DNA of 64,000 nucleotides from positions 992,001 through 1,056,000 of the forward strand of contig NC_092674.1 of assembly GCF_964355755.1 (NCBI RefSeq), read 5' to 3'. Under the pieces are notes generated by a model. It was given only the letters and a program-made list of their open reading frames with translations, had not been told where the DNA came from and did no database searches. The stretch's first letter is position 1; every line of letters starts with the position of its first letter. The position numbers were made by a program, and so were the translations under genes. Below, in pieces: positions 34,301 through 46,348 of this stretch. Source of the DNA: Antedon mediterranea. Taxonomy: Eukaryota > Animalia > Echinodermata.

Positions 34301-36183
34301 GGAACAACTGCTAACACGTCATCTACGTATCTTTTTCATATCAGTGGCTTAATTTCTGTATGTATGATGTGTAGGCCTATATAGTTTGTCATTAACTACT
34401 AGTGCTGTGTGGTAAACTCGACCGATATGTGTCTAGTCGCTCTCGACTAGTAGGGATTTGTAAACTCAACAGCTAGGAATTGGCATTTGAAATGGTTTTG
34501 TCCGTCCTGGCGTGCCATACAGTATGATATGCACGCAACACGCGCTGTACTAATAGTTTTGAACAGCGCTTCCGTTTGTAAAATATAAATAGTAAATCTG
34601 TTGTGGCTTATATCAGTGTTTATATTAGTTTATATTAATTGGTTTTGTGTTATAACACTGTTTGTAATTTTTCAACAGTTCCAGCCATGTCGACTATCAC
34701 AGCACTAACTAAAGTTAAGATAGGCCTACTACTAGAAAAAAAACGAAAAAAATAATATTTTCATTTATAAAATGACAAAATAAATGGTTAAATTCAATCA
34801 AAAACCAATTGACTGGCAGCCAATCTGACCATTTTTTGCTTTAAATTACAGTTTTTAGGTAAATACATTTTGTTTTTGGTCAAAGTGGATAAGTATTATG
34901 TTACATTAAAATGGCATATTAAACAAAATGTTGTTAAGAATTATTTTTTCAGGGGGACAATACATCTTTAAGGCGTTACTGCGATTATTATAATTAATCA
35001 AATATCAAAGTATCAGGATCATTTATTTTGTCCAATAATGTTATTTCTTTATAGTTGCTGCCATGACAACTGTCGCAAAATCACCAAATGATGGTAAGGA
35101 AAGAGAGATCATTTTAGCTTGATTGATTATGATTTAATATTCAAAATGCAAACATTACTGGTATTTAATCCGTATATCAATAAAAAGAGTCGAATGGTGA
35201 CCGCGCGCACTCCATGTTAACAAGGATTGCAACGATGCATGCTGTTATTTATTTAACGATAACGCGACACTAAAGCTCTGTCTACACTATCAAACTAGTT
35301 TGAAAACAAAATGTGATGTGCCCAAATATGGTAGTGATATGCTTAAATATGGTAGTGAAATGATGTCATCATGTCCATATATGGGCACATCACATTTTGT
35401 TGTCACATAAAGTTTGATAGTGTTAAGACGACGATTGCACGCAATATGCGCAGACGCACATACCAATCAGCGCTGTGATTGTTTGGCCCTTCTTAACAAG
35501 TCCATTTTCTGTTCAGCATATTACGGCAAATATTTTCTTTAAATAGAAAGCAGTTCAATTGTGCTGATTGGCGGCGTTGGAGGAGCTGTTGTTGTCATCA
35601 TCATCCTTCTTATCGTCATTATTTGTGTAGTTTTAACAAAACGGTAGGTATTTATATTTTGTTGTAACATTGAATATTAAACATTCGTTTGTGGATTAAA
35701 CGCATTCAAATATTTCTAAATGACGTTGGCATAAAATCTAAGAAAATTAAAAGGCAGAGTAAAGGTATGACAGAAAATGAGCGTGAAAATTATTACAATA
35801 ATCGTTTTGAACAGTTAAATATAACACCTTGTGTCTTTAAACGTTAATTATGTTGTTTTGTATTTGATAGTTCAAAACGGCCTGAACCAAGACAGGAACC
35901 ATTCGCCAGGGATGGACCACATCCTAATGTTGCGGCGGTGAATGTCATAGAGCCGCCGACATACGAATCAATTGCTACTGGAAATGAAACCAATATAATA
36001 GACAAGAAAGATCTCGGCAAAAAAGAGGGATTTGACAATGCACTATATATGACTTGTCTTCCACCACCACGATACTCCCCGTCGCCGGTTAATACACCGG
36101 CGACTGACACAGAGTACGTGGACTTGAATGTGAATGCCCCGACTGTTCCAAATGTAACCTATAATAGGAATCTCTTCTCATAG
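19332..36183 (+). CDS. LDL-receptor/LRP-like type I membrane protein, paralog 1 (signal peptide, YWTD propeller, EGF, YWTD propeller, stalk, TM, tail)
   Basis: Exons ~19332-19401 (signal peptide), 20873-21323, 21433-21570, 21695-21824, 22133-22298, 22748-22861 (EGF), 23054-23338, 23698-23851, 24258-24392, 24965-25079, 25470-25635, 35055-35093, 35547-35643 (TM VLIGGVGGAVVVIIILLIVIICVVL), 35871-36183. Motifs GLAIDWLAKNVYWVD, YLFWTE, IYWTD, YMFWTE; tail with PPTY, FDNALY, PPRY. Confidence 0.85.
20085..20680 (+). mobile_element. Degraded 3' fragment of a CR1/L2-type LINE
   Basis: Conceptual translation pieces KLVKLQKRS, DINKVQLSIFMF, THSYNCR, SGPNLWNNL, AFKSKLK typical of the post-RT C-terminal region. 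Confidence 0.55.
21782..22015 (+). repeat. 61-bp tandem repeat (4 copies) spanning a 5' splice site of paralog 1
   Basis: accaaagtctctgggtgtatttgatagtattgcagtagatgaa|GTGAGTaacataataatt at 21782, 21843, 21904, 21965. Confidence 0.95.
24011..24148. mobile_element. Short PIF/Harbinger-like MITE family (other full or partial copies ~11200-11320, ~25141-25212, ~35274-35423, ~43882-44007)
   Basis: taa|agctctgtctacact ... agtgtggacagagct|taa with internal ccaaatatggtagtgatat repeats; 3-bp TAA duplication. Confidence 0.7.
27390..28180. repeat. ~150-bp degenerate tandem repeat (about 6 copies) in the spacer of the foldback element
   Basis: aataatgtgcaataatcgatacagtagtcgatccattatggataagtaacgatatttaat recurs at ~27393, 27548, 27698, 27848, 27957, 28126. 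Confidence 0.85.
28474..30216 (+). mobile_element. Non-autonomous Helitron-like element
   Basis: Probable 5' end A|TCTATATATAAA at 28474; 3' hairpin gagcgagcgaagcgagctc + CTAG|T at 30216; shares sequence with 837-1781; its last ~360 bp also present inverted at 26972-27334. Confidence 0.65.
31325..32100. mobile_element. MITE with 22-bp TIRs
   Basis: ataacacaagaatctcctgttc (31325-31346) / gaacaggagattcttgtgttat (32079-32100). Confidence 0.65.
31524..31899. mobile_element. Mutator-like MITE with 9-bp TSD
   Basis: TSD atgcgggcg on both sides; ~55-bp TIRs gcgt-Tn-ccaggacgaacgtgggcagaa-tcatgaataattcat; an uninterrupted copy of the target occurs at ~31987. Confidence 0.8.
32101..32840. mobile_element. 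MITE with ~140-bp TIRs (CAGT...ACTG)
   Basis: 32101-32242 is the reverse complement of ~32698-32840; TSD not evident. Confidence 0.75.
32259..32587. mobile_element. Kolobok-like MITE (TTAA TSD); related partial copy ~34735-34971
   Basis: ttaa|agatgtattgtcc ... ggacaatacatct|ttaa. Confidence 0.75.
33050..34345 (-). mobile_element. Degenerate Penelope-like retroelement (RT C-terminal part + GIY-YIG endonuclease)
   Basis: Minus-strand pieces RYVDDV (~34330), IPFLDVSI, IPYIPNMSERIRR...LVHPKDK...GVVYQVNCHNC, NMNRDEGAYELSH; frameshifted. Confidence 0.85.
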
Positions 36184-36729
36184 ATGCATAATATATTGAT
36201 CTATGACATAAATCATGCTTTTATATCAGTGGAATGTTACAAATAATTTCATTTGGTGAAATATGATATTCCATTTGAAATCTTCTATCGTTTTAATTTT
36301 CTTAGATTACATGAAAAATTGAATTTCATCTCTCATCTCATTCATTATTTATTTATATATTAGCCTACTGCTAGACTTTTATTGTGGTCGGAGCATACGC
36401 CTCCTTACCTCGTCATATAAACGCAGAATGTACCGTAAAAAGAAGACATTTGTCATTTATTTAGATATATATTATTTATATTGTTTAAGACGTAGAATAC
36501 GTACTGTAGTATGAGTTCAAATACACATAATGTTGTTTAAGACGTAGGATACGTGAGTTCAAATACGCAGAATATAACCGCCAACAATAATTAAGAAGGC
36601 ATAGTTCATTATATTCAGGAACGACATTTTTGTGGAAGGATACAAATAAGCATATTGCAAACTACCTTACCAAACAGACCGATACTTGGAGCATTAGCAC
36701 GGAGGAAATAAATAAACATTTCCTCCATG

Positions 36730-36965
36730 AAAAAAGCGGCGCTTTAAATGTAATGTTGTTCGATTTATAAATTATAAATCATAATTATTATTATACAATC
36801 ATACAAATGCGCTGAGAGAATAAACAGAAAGAAATGACAAAGAAAAAAGATGGGTTTTTAAGAATGTTTTGAAAACTATGATAGCGGATGCATTTTTAAT
36901 AGGGTCAGGAAAATTGTTCCACAGTTTAGAAGCTGCAACTGCAAAGGCTTGATCACCATATGATA
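36730..36965 (-). mobile_element. 3' end of an L2-type LINE
   Basis: Minus strand reads YGDQAFAVAASKLWNNFPDPIKNASAIIVFKTFLKTHLF; absent from the duplicate region near 51130. Confidence 0.65.
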
Positions 36966-39308
36966 TTAGTAGTAGTAATAATTATGATAATAATCATCAT
37001 TTTGTATTTTATAAAAGTTACCGTATATTAAATTTTACATATGAGCCGATTCAAGTTTAACAGCCTAATTATTCAGGATCTCTATTATTACTACACGCTA
37101 TACTACTATCATTCGGTAGAACTCTAAGAAATCATAATGAACTATTTATCTCATCACAATTTATAAACACCATTATAAACGTACATAATAATTGTAATAA
37201 CAAATATTCCAATCACCATCAATTACAAGTTGAAGTAAGTCATTTCACGAGTCCATTCTAAAGTCGACGCCATGTTTCCTCATCAACTACATCTTCTATG
37301 TTCTATCATGGATTAAATTCTTTAATCCATGATAATCCATGATCCATGATAATCCATGATCCATGATAATCCATGATCCATGATAATCCATGATCCATGA
37401 TGGTTCTATCAACAACTCCCTGGTTCTATTCATTCATTTCGGATAGAAAATCAATATACAAATCGTACAAATCATACAAAAAAACAAAATGAGAAAAAAT
37501 GTCACCAGGAAATTAACAATAAAAACAACAAAACCAACCTACAATATCCTAAAATATTAATTTGTTTCAACGCTGATGTAGTTTGGATTGTGAAAGTACG
37601 TTAACTGTGGTTTGAATCAGACTATTACAACTGTCATGAATTCTGTTCTTAAAACTATGTATAGAGTTCCTCAAATTAATATTCATAGAAAGAGGCAACG
37701 TTATTCGTAACAAACATCATGCTAACTATAGTTTGTGATCCAGAACCGCTTTGATGATTGTGCAAATACTTGTTGAAGAATACACCGATCAACAGAATTG
37801 TGGAATAACACAAAGCCTCTGAACAAAGTTCGCACTATTGTTAATACCATTAATATGCAAATAATACAACGCGTTTCTGCACATGCTCAGTTTTACTTTC
37901 AGGTGGTATGATGTGATGCAAATATCTGTGTCTGTAGAATTGTCACCAATACTTTGGCAGGCAGTTTTTGCTTTTCAAGGATGGGCGTAATATTGATTAC
38001 TTTTCCAATAGTGTTCCTACCCATTACTTTGACTATTTATATATTATGATAAATACTAGTAAAATATGCCTCAAATGATGCACTATTAATTGTAAGTAGA
38101 AAATGGTCATATGTTTGTTAATCATTCGTGACGGTTTTATACAATGGTTTGCTAATGTAGACCTATTGTATGCTAGAGTGACGCAGCGGCTTTGAAAGTA
38201 GACACTTTACATATCCATTCCAGTATATAAATATTTATTTCAGATGATATATTTTAAAGAGGACTAGCCTACGTAACTTTTACATTATTTAGCAGACTTG
38301 GCGCATTACCAATTTTTTAAATTGACTGCTCCTCTTTGCTTTTTAAACCACCCGTACCTGTCTGTTTTGCTACTCAGTACACTTAATTACAGTAATATAT
38401 ATAACGTAACGGGCGTTTCTTAAAACGATTTTTTGCATTATTTTGGATGGTAAATTGTATATTTTGTAGACCTAAGTTAGTGGACGACTTAGCTAAGTTA
38501 TACCCTGCAGTGATTGTTGTAGTCGATAAGGACAAATCTAACTTTAAGCAAAATACATCTCATTACTGGGCTAAATTGAACAGTCAAAAAGTCAAATTAT
38601 TAATAACTATTCGTTAATGGAATCCAAATTGGACATTAGAAGGAAATCTCATACAGTATAAAAACAATGGCATGGTTTTGTAAATACTATATTGAACGGC
38701 ATGTAATTCATTCAAGTTAATTCAATCTCTTAGGTAATTACAAGTTCTTGCTGATATTTAATCCTTCGATGGGTCTATCAATGGTATAAACGATGATTTG
38801 GGTTTGAAACTCTTTTTGTTCTATGTCGTGGTACATGGCTGATGTTGGGAATAAATTCATAACTCTCATTTAAGGAAAACCATTTCGCTCTCTGACGGAT
38901 AAGTCATCTATTTTATACCGTGCTTTATTCCATTGATAATTTGATAATTAATAATAATGGTGTTTTTGTTTTGTTTTGGGGATAAAAATTGTGAAAGCTA
39001 TGGATATCTGGTAAATTTCAGAAATTATTTTTAGCACTTGGATGGTGAAAGAATATTCAAGGTTGGTAAGTTTATTTTCTATTACTCTTTGTTTGCATAA
39101 GTGATTTGTTGATTTATTTCCGTAACATGCTCAATGCTTTACTCCCTAAATTAATTTTACCCTATTTGCCAACACTGTTTTATGCTTTATGGTTTTTCAC
39201 AATCCAAGAAGGAAATACAGCAACATTATTAGCTAGTAGTATAATTAGCTTTTTTAGTTATAACACACAACTTTATACGTACAGTACATGTTTGTACCTA
39301 CCTTCATC

Positions 39309-42300
39309 ATGTTCAGTACCTACCTGATATTTCTAGTAGGAATGTTAGATTTTCTTTACACAGGTAACCGTTATTCATCTATTTCTCAAACGTTTTTAAA
39401 ATCATAGGCCTAAACCTCTTATTTTATTCATAATTTGTTATAAAAAATAAACGTTTTTATATTTTGTTCACAGTTAATGGAGAAGATAACAGACTGTACT
39501 TAGCAGTATTTGACCAAAGTAAATCTAATGCTGCCATTTTTTGGATTTCAGCTAATCCAGAAGTTTATGAAAATGACCGAAATTTAGAATTTGAAAAACT
39601 TTACACAGTTCCACGTTCTCCGTACATGCCATCATCACTTGTCTTTCGGTTCTCGGCGTTGGCAGTCGATTACCACGAAGGAAATGTAACATTCCACGAG
39701 CTGACCAACCATTGGATATACATGGCCCCTGATATTACTTCAGAATCTGATTACTCGATACCAGCGATTGAAGCTGGTACATCTGGTAGAGTGAACGGTT
39801 TAGCGATTGACTGGTTGGCAAATAATGTGTACTGGGTGGATGAGGGGTACAACTGGATCAAAATGACTAACTATAATGGAGAAGGAGAAGTCACCATTGC
39901 TGATATGGGTTTTGAGAAACCGTCTGGAATAGCTTGTCATCCTCACAAAGAGTAAGTATTGTGAGAAGAATAAAGAAACTTACTTAAATATACTCTAATC
40001 TAATGGTTGATGAATGTTATCGCCTGCGATAAGTAAACACAAGTATGCATTAGGTCAGGCATACACACCGAAAAAACACCTGGGCAAGGAGCAAAACATA
40101 ACTAAACTAATAATTTTGTATAATAAAATAAATAATGATAATAATAATAATAATATTAATGCGTAAATAAGAAGAGATGTATTTTGTTGAAATACCAAGA
40201 TTTTAAAATATTATGATTATTGAAAAAAACAATATAATATAAATTATTTTCTGAATGAAAATAACCCATTTTGATCAAATTAAAATCAGGATGTAACATA
40301 TCGGGATGAAAATTAAACAAGCAAAAAAAAAAACAAAAAGGGATCTGGGTTGGTTCTAGTAGATAATAACACCACACCATTTAACATTTTGTGGACAAAA
40401 GAACCAATCAAGTTTTTAGAAATATTTATTGGTTACGATACCAACTTATGTGAGCAAACAAATTGGGATGATAAGATTTTAAAATAAAAAAATACATTAA
40501 AAATGATATACAATGCTAGTATAATAGATGTACCAATATATGTATTCCCTCTTGTTGAAAAGGAAATTATTACATTTTCTATGGGGAAAAAGAAGGGAAC
40601 AAATAAAAAATTGTTAAAGAATGATGTTTTTTTATAGATGAAATAAAAGTGGGAAGAACCCATAAAAGACAAAACAAAAATTAAAATAAATAAATAAATA
40701 AAACCAAGATTTTTACTTCAAATATCAACCTTGATTGTTAATAAGGTTGACTTTTAATCTTGTCTCAAAAGTTTTCTATTCTGGACCGAGTTAGGAGATC
40801 AGTATCCACCTAAGATTGAAAGATCAACAATGGCGGGAAACAACCGAATTACAATTGTTGATGGGCTGACTGAACCAAGATCTGTAGCTGTAGACACGAT
40901 ACTGGACAGGTAACGCTTTGATTGTGTACACTAAAACACACATATTTCTTATGATATATGATTATTTGTTGTCATTCTTGGGTATTTTCCGAAAAATGTC
41001 AATATCAATGGTAAGATCCATACAACTGCTAAATAAAATAATTCAGATTTTTAATAGATTGTAATTAAAAATAAATGATTATGGATTGAAAGAATCTATA
41101 ATTAAGATTATGATTAAGTTTTTTTGGACGAATACATTAAATTATAAGGAAGAAAATATTCGGCATTTAGCGAGAGACGTTGTCTTCTCTATATGTATAG
41201 TTAAATAGGTCTATTAAAAGAATTTAAGCAAGTTCTGTTACTGGTTAGCCCTTCACAAGTTTTTGCTTTCTGAGATTTCGCTCTTTCTAATTTTCTGCAT
41301 AAAAACTGTTAAATGTTTACTAATGCTAGATAAACAACGCAAACTAAAGAAAAAATACCTGAAAATTGTTCATGTGAAAACTGGCAAATTTTTTGCTTTA
41401 TAATTTTACAGTTCTAAATCAAAATGAAAAGTAGGTTTGCCTAAACAATAATATCAACACTTAAACATAAAATGTCGATGCTTTTAGTTTGTTTTTTTTT
41501 TGTCTCTAAAAGCATCAGCAGTACATGTCGGGTAAAGTTCTTCATGGTTGAATACAATGCACTTATGATGCACTTGAGTGCTTGTAAAATGGTTTCGTAC
41601 AAATTGCGATTACATCTCTAGCTTGATTTAACCAATCCTTATGACACAACTGCGAAATTATCCAACTGTGAAAATTAATATTAAAAAATAACTAATTGTC
41701 TCAGAATTTATTGGACTGACAATACTGCAGCTGAAATTAAAGTTGAATCTTCTGATCTTGACGGTAATGGAAGAAGAATTGAAGTATCGGAACCAAAGTC
41801 TCTGGGTGTATTTGATAGTATTGCAGTAGATGAAGTGAGTAACATAATAATTACCAAAGTCTCTGGGTGTATTTGAATTATATTGCTGTAGATGAAGTGA
41901 GTAACATAATAATTACCAAAGTCTCTGGGTGTATTTGATAGTATTGCTGTGGATGAAGTGAGTAACATAATAATTACCAAAGTCTCTGGGTGTATTTGAT
42001 AGTATTGCAGTAGAGGAAGTGAGTAACATAATAATTACCAAAGTCTCTGGGTGTATTTGATAGTATTGCAGAAGATGATGTGAGTAACATAATAATTACC
42101 AAAGTCTATGTGTGTATTTGATAGTATTGCAGTGGATGAAGTGAGTAACATAATAATTACCAAAGTCTCTGGGTGTATTTGATAGTATTGCAGTAGATAA
42201 AGTAAGTAACATAATAATTACCAAAGTCTCTGGGTGTATATTTGTACTTACATCCCATTAATTTAATTAAATTCAACCAACTTGTTTTTATCTCGTAGAC

Positions 42301-45300
42301 GTATATATTTGTCAGTGGATCATCTTCGGAAGATTTTATGCGTTATTATAGGAAGGTTTCTCCAAATTTGTTGGTGTTCGAGTATGAGTTTGGTAGCGAG
42401 ATCGAGCTGTACGATTTATGCGTTGCTGGTCCTAACATCCAATCACAACCTGTAACGTGTAAGTAAATTCACTTCACTATTTATAACTATGTAATCTAAA
42501 CTATTACTTTAAACTGTGACGTCATTGTATGCTTAAATGATTAGCAAGTAATGTGACATGCAGTTTCCACAAAAATGAATGATTTATGTTTAGACTTTTG
42601 CTCAGTTCTCTTTTAAATTTATAGGGATATATATTGTCTTAATTAAGTATTGTTGCATGTTTATACAAGTTCACGGTAGTGCACTTGTATAAACATGCAA
42701 CAACGACATTAGTGCAATGCTTTACTACTAAACAATGTACTGATCATAAATCGTTAGTTACAATAAGAAATAAAGCCACGAAGGGACACAATTAGTAGAC
42801 ACAGCGCTTACAATTCCTTGTTGTCATTTCAGCACCGTGCGATGGTAATACCTGCGAACACTACTGTGTATCGGCTGCCAACAACAACCATGAATGTTTA
42901 TGTCGAGATGATTACGTAATAAATCCGAACGGAACGTGTAGTATTGGTGCGTACTATATTTCATACATAAACTATTATTTTTTATAAGTTATTTATTTTG
43001 GATAAAACGCCCTACTTTTCTTGCTAGTCGTTAGATTTTATTATTTTCTCTACCGATTCTGTTCTGCAGCGAAATACCATGTTTAGTTTTCTTAATGCCT
43101 GTAATTTTTCATGTTTATATATATTTTGTTTTCAATTTATTAACAGACTAAAATCTTTAACTCTTTGTTTGATAGATAAATCAATATATTACCCGCCGTA
43201 TTGCGTGATAGGACAAACAGACGCCATATCCTCTTTTGATCCAACTATACTGCACCATGATTGGCTATCATTTCATGGAGTAGATGCCTACATTCACAAT
43301 TTGTTTAGTGGATCACCTCCATATGGGACGACAGCATTAGTGGTTGACACACACAGTAACTTGTTGTTTTTGGCTGATGATTTGGGAAAAGAAATATTTG
43401 TCGTAAAGGTGAAAGGAGGAGAGTTTAGTGTTTCAATACATAAATACAATACCGGACAGATTGAGGGTAAAATGTTTTTTTTTAATTAATTTTTTCAAAT
43501 TTTACAGTGGAAGCTCAGGCCGTGCGAAATGTTAATGAGAACAACGTAATTGGAGCTACAAAACTATATAGGCTTATAATTTCAATGGGTATATTATTTT
43601 GTTCGTTGTTTCAAAATAGCATAAATATGGTTTTATAATTGTCATTGAAGGCATGGCGGTTGACTGGCTAACACTTACTCTTTATTATGTTGACTATGTA
43701 ACTGAGAGTCGTGGATCTATGAAGTATGATGGAAATGATTTAACTACCAAATATGACGTCACTAAACCAACGGCCATTGCGGTGGATCCTTTCGCAAGGT
43801 ATCTTAAAGACTTGTTTTTAAATTTACTATTAAACAATACATTTTAATACTTAAGTGGAAAGATTTATGTAAACAACCTTAAGCTCTGTCTACACTATCA
43901 AACTAGTTCGCCAAAAAAGGTGTGATGTGCCCAAAAAAGGTGTGATGTGCCCAAATATTGTAGTGATATGACATCATCATGTCCAGTTTGATAGTGTAGA
44001 CAGAGCCTTATATAACTCTATAGGCCTATTAGTGTTTATTCTTATTATTACTCAACAGGTACATGTTTTGGACAGAGGAAACATCACCTGCCAAGGTCGT
44101 TAGGAGTGACTTAGATTTTACAAATCGAAGAGATCTGGCGGACATAGGTCTCCAGAAACCAACAGGAATGACGATTGATCTAAAGTTGAATAGGTGAGAA
44201 TGTAATGCAAGTAAACTCAACGCGTTCATTAATATTATAGGCATTTAAAAAAATAAATTAGCTGATAAGACGAAAATTATAAATTATATTCTGTTTTTTC
44301 TAAAGGATCTACATGGTAGGATCAGATAGTAGACTGATATACTCAACTGATTATGATGGAAACAATAAACAAACTATTGGAACAAGTAAATATGCCGCCA
44401 TAGATATAACCAGTTATCAGGTAAAATAGTATTATGGCTTTTTCACGATAAAAAATAAGATGGTTGAAATAACAACAACAATGATGTAGATCCTATTTTA
44501 GATATATTGAAAAATGGTAAAGTTTCGAAACTCTCGATCCTCTCATCCTAATGTTAGTTATCCTTGCTTGTATGCACTTTTTCTTAATTTAGCAAATTTA
44601 TATCCAATATTTAAATTAATTTATTTGTATAGGACTTTCTGATATTAGCTGAACCACTCGGTATATTCAGTGGAATGGTTGAAGCGATTCACAAGCCAAC
44701 TGGAGAACACGAAGGTTCCATAATGTTGGATTCATTTGTATCCGCTATCGCCATCGCCGACGAGTCAACTCAACCAAGAACATGTAAACCGTGTTTATTA
44801 TACTGCGTAGTTGCATAATCGTGTGTATGTTATAAGCTCAGTTCGTTGAAATGTAATTAATTATATTTTGTTTTACAGCACCTTTGACAATACAGGACGA
44901 TGAATCGGGTACGCCTATTTTACATTTTTTCTCCGTTAAAATATTTGGAAGAATATATGGTGTCGGGAGAGAGGATGATGTTGGGGAAATACTATTTTAA
45001 CCTATTTACTGTATTGTTTAATATATTTATTTTAAATTATTTTGTATGATGTAGAGAACAGCGGACTGAACATCGGTGCCGTGGTAGGTGGTTTAATTGC
45101 TGTGATCATTTTGATTGTCATCGTTATTGTGATTTATAAATTTGGGTAGGTAACTTTTGGAAAAGAAATTTGTAAGGAAGTTTTTTGGTTTTCGAAAATA
45201 TACAATAATACTTTATATTGAATTTCATATATTTCAGATCAAAGGGGATATATTCATTCAGGTTCAAACGCAGTAAAGAAAACAGAAGGGAATTGACAGA

Positions 45301-45481
45301 GAATGATGAACATGATAACAATGTATTCATCGGTGATACTAATAGACCAGCAGCTGCAAGGCCAGCAGCAAGCCCAGCCAATATTAAACCACCACAACAA
45401 CCGATAACCAATGTGGAAATTCGTGAGACTACCGTTGTATTTATTGCTGGTGGTATCGCTAGACCATCAAACATTCCATAA
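39309..45481 (+). CDS. LDL-receptor/LRP-like type I membrane protein, paralog 2
   Basis: Exons ~39309-39363 (MFSTYLIFLVGMLDFLYT; in-frame upstream ATG at 39288), 39474-39951, 40772-40909, 41705-41834, 42299-42458, 42833-42946 (EGF), 43176-43466, 43651-43798, 44059-44193, 44306-44420, 44633-44783, 44879-44908, 45055-45145 (TM IGAVVGGLIAVIILIVIVIVIY), 45238(or 45262)-45481. Same exon structure as paralog 1. Confidence 0.85.
40380..40620 (+). mobile_element. Highly degraded L1/Tx1-like RT fragment (duplicate at ~54540-54760)
   Basis: LWTKEPIKFLGIFIGYD...NWDDNILK...FLWG pattern; present in the same intron of paralogs 2 and 4. Confidence 0.45.
41792..42238 (+). repeat. 61-bp tandem repeat (~7.5 copies) spanning a 5' splice site of paralog 2
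   Basis: Same unit as 21782-22015, each with gaa|GTGAGT (one GTAAGT). Confidence 0.95.
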
Positions 45482-46348
45482 ATTAAGTAGAACCAAGTCC
45501 ACCATTTTGTAGGAGGTGCTACTACTAGGAGGCTTACAGTTTGTTTCTATTATATAAACTATTATATAGTTTTAAAAATATTTTCTGGTAAACTTAATTT
45601 TGGTATTATATGTCGATGTCTTGACATGTTATTTTGTAGTTTGGGATTCTTAAGTATTCTCAATTTTGTTTTTTCCTAATTAAAACCTCTACAATATATA
45701 CGCTTATAGAATACGCGGTACTTTGTGCATTATAGGGAGTTACAGTTTTTCTTCACAGTTTTGTATACATATATAAAATCCGTATTAACTTTATCATGAT
45801 CGCCATAATTACATTATTATTAGTATTGTTTAGCTATAATAATAGTGATATTTAGTTAAATTGTTTCCGTGTCATATCCTTCCATATACATTCTTTATTC
45901 AACTTTAATAAACAAACAATTATAGGCCTAACTTGATTTCGCCAACGAGTTAAAATAAGACCAACAGCTTTGCCGCTGACAAAATGCCAGAAAATACAAA
46001 AAAATATACACTATGACTAAAAACAGAGCATAAAGCGAATTAATTACAGACTTTTATGAAATTGTTTTTAGCGCTCATGCGCAAGAACCACTAACCGATC
46101 AGTTCAGGGCGTAAAATCCACCCCATAACTTGCGAAGTGTAAACATAAATTGCACAAAATTTGATCACCCGAGAAAAATATTTTGCCAGTGTCAGTTGCT
46201 ATTAGCCAACCACCCTTTATTTTACTTTGCGTTGTAGTTGAGAGCCTGATGTTATTAGGCAAAATAATTGCTTTTATTTTATCAGCAAAAGGATAAAAAA
46301 TCTGCATAACGTTATGTACCATACAGTCGCTCACGTGCCGGCCGGACC

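Larger units (their letters stand above)
25912..34517. mobile_element. Outer TIR element (TGG...CCA termini, TA flanks) hosting nested insertions in paralog 1 intron
   Basis: ta|tggcacgccaggatggacaaaaccatttcaaatgccaat ... attggcatttgaaatggttttgtccgtcctggcgtgcca|ta; left TIR continues at 31233-31313 after removing the 25956-31229 insert and pairs with ~34397-34474. Confidence 0.8.
36200..44780 (+). repeat. Segmental duplication unit, copy A (copy B ~49565-59862)
   Basis: Colinear high similarity through 3'UTR of paralog 1, intergenic DNA (e.g. 37860-38700 vs 51910-52760), introns and exons of paralogs 2 and 4. Confidence 0.9.

Noticed and set aside
34679-34714. Extra stalk micro-exon of paralog 1 (VPAMSTITALTK)
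   Set aside because: Good acceptor and similarity to 35055-35093, but no in-phase GT donor follows; left out of the gene model.
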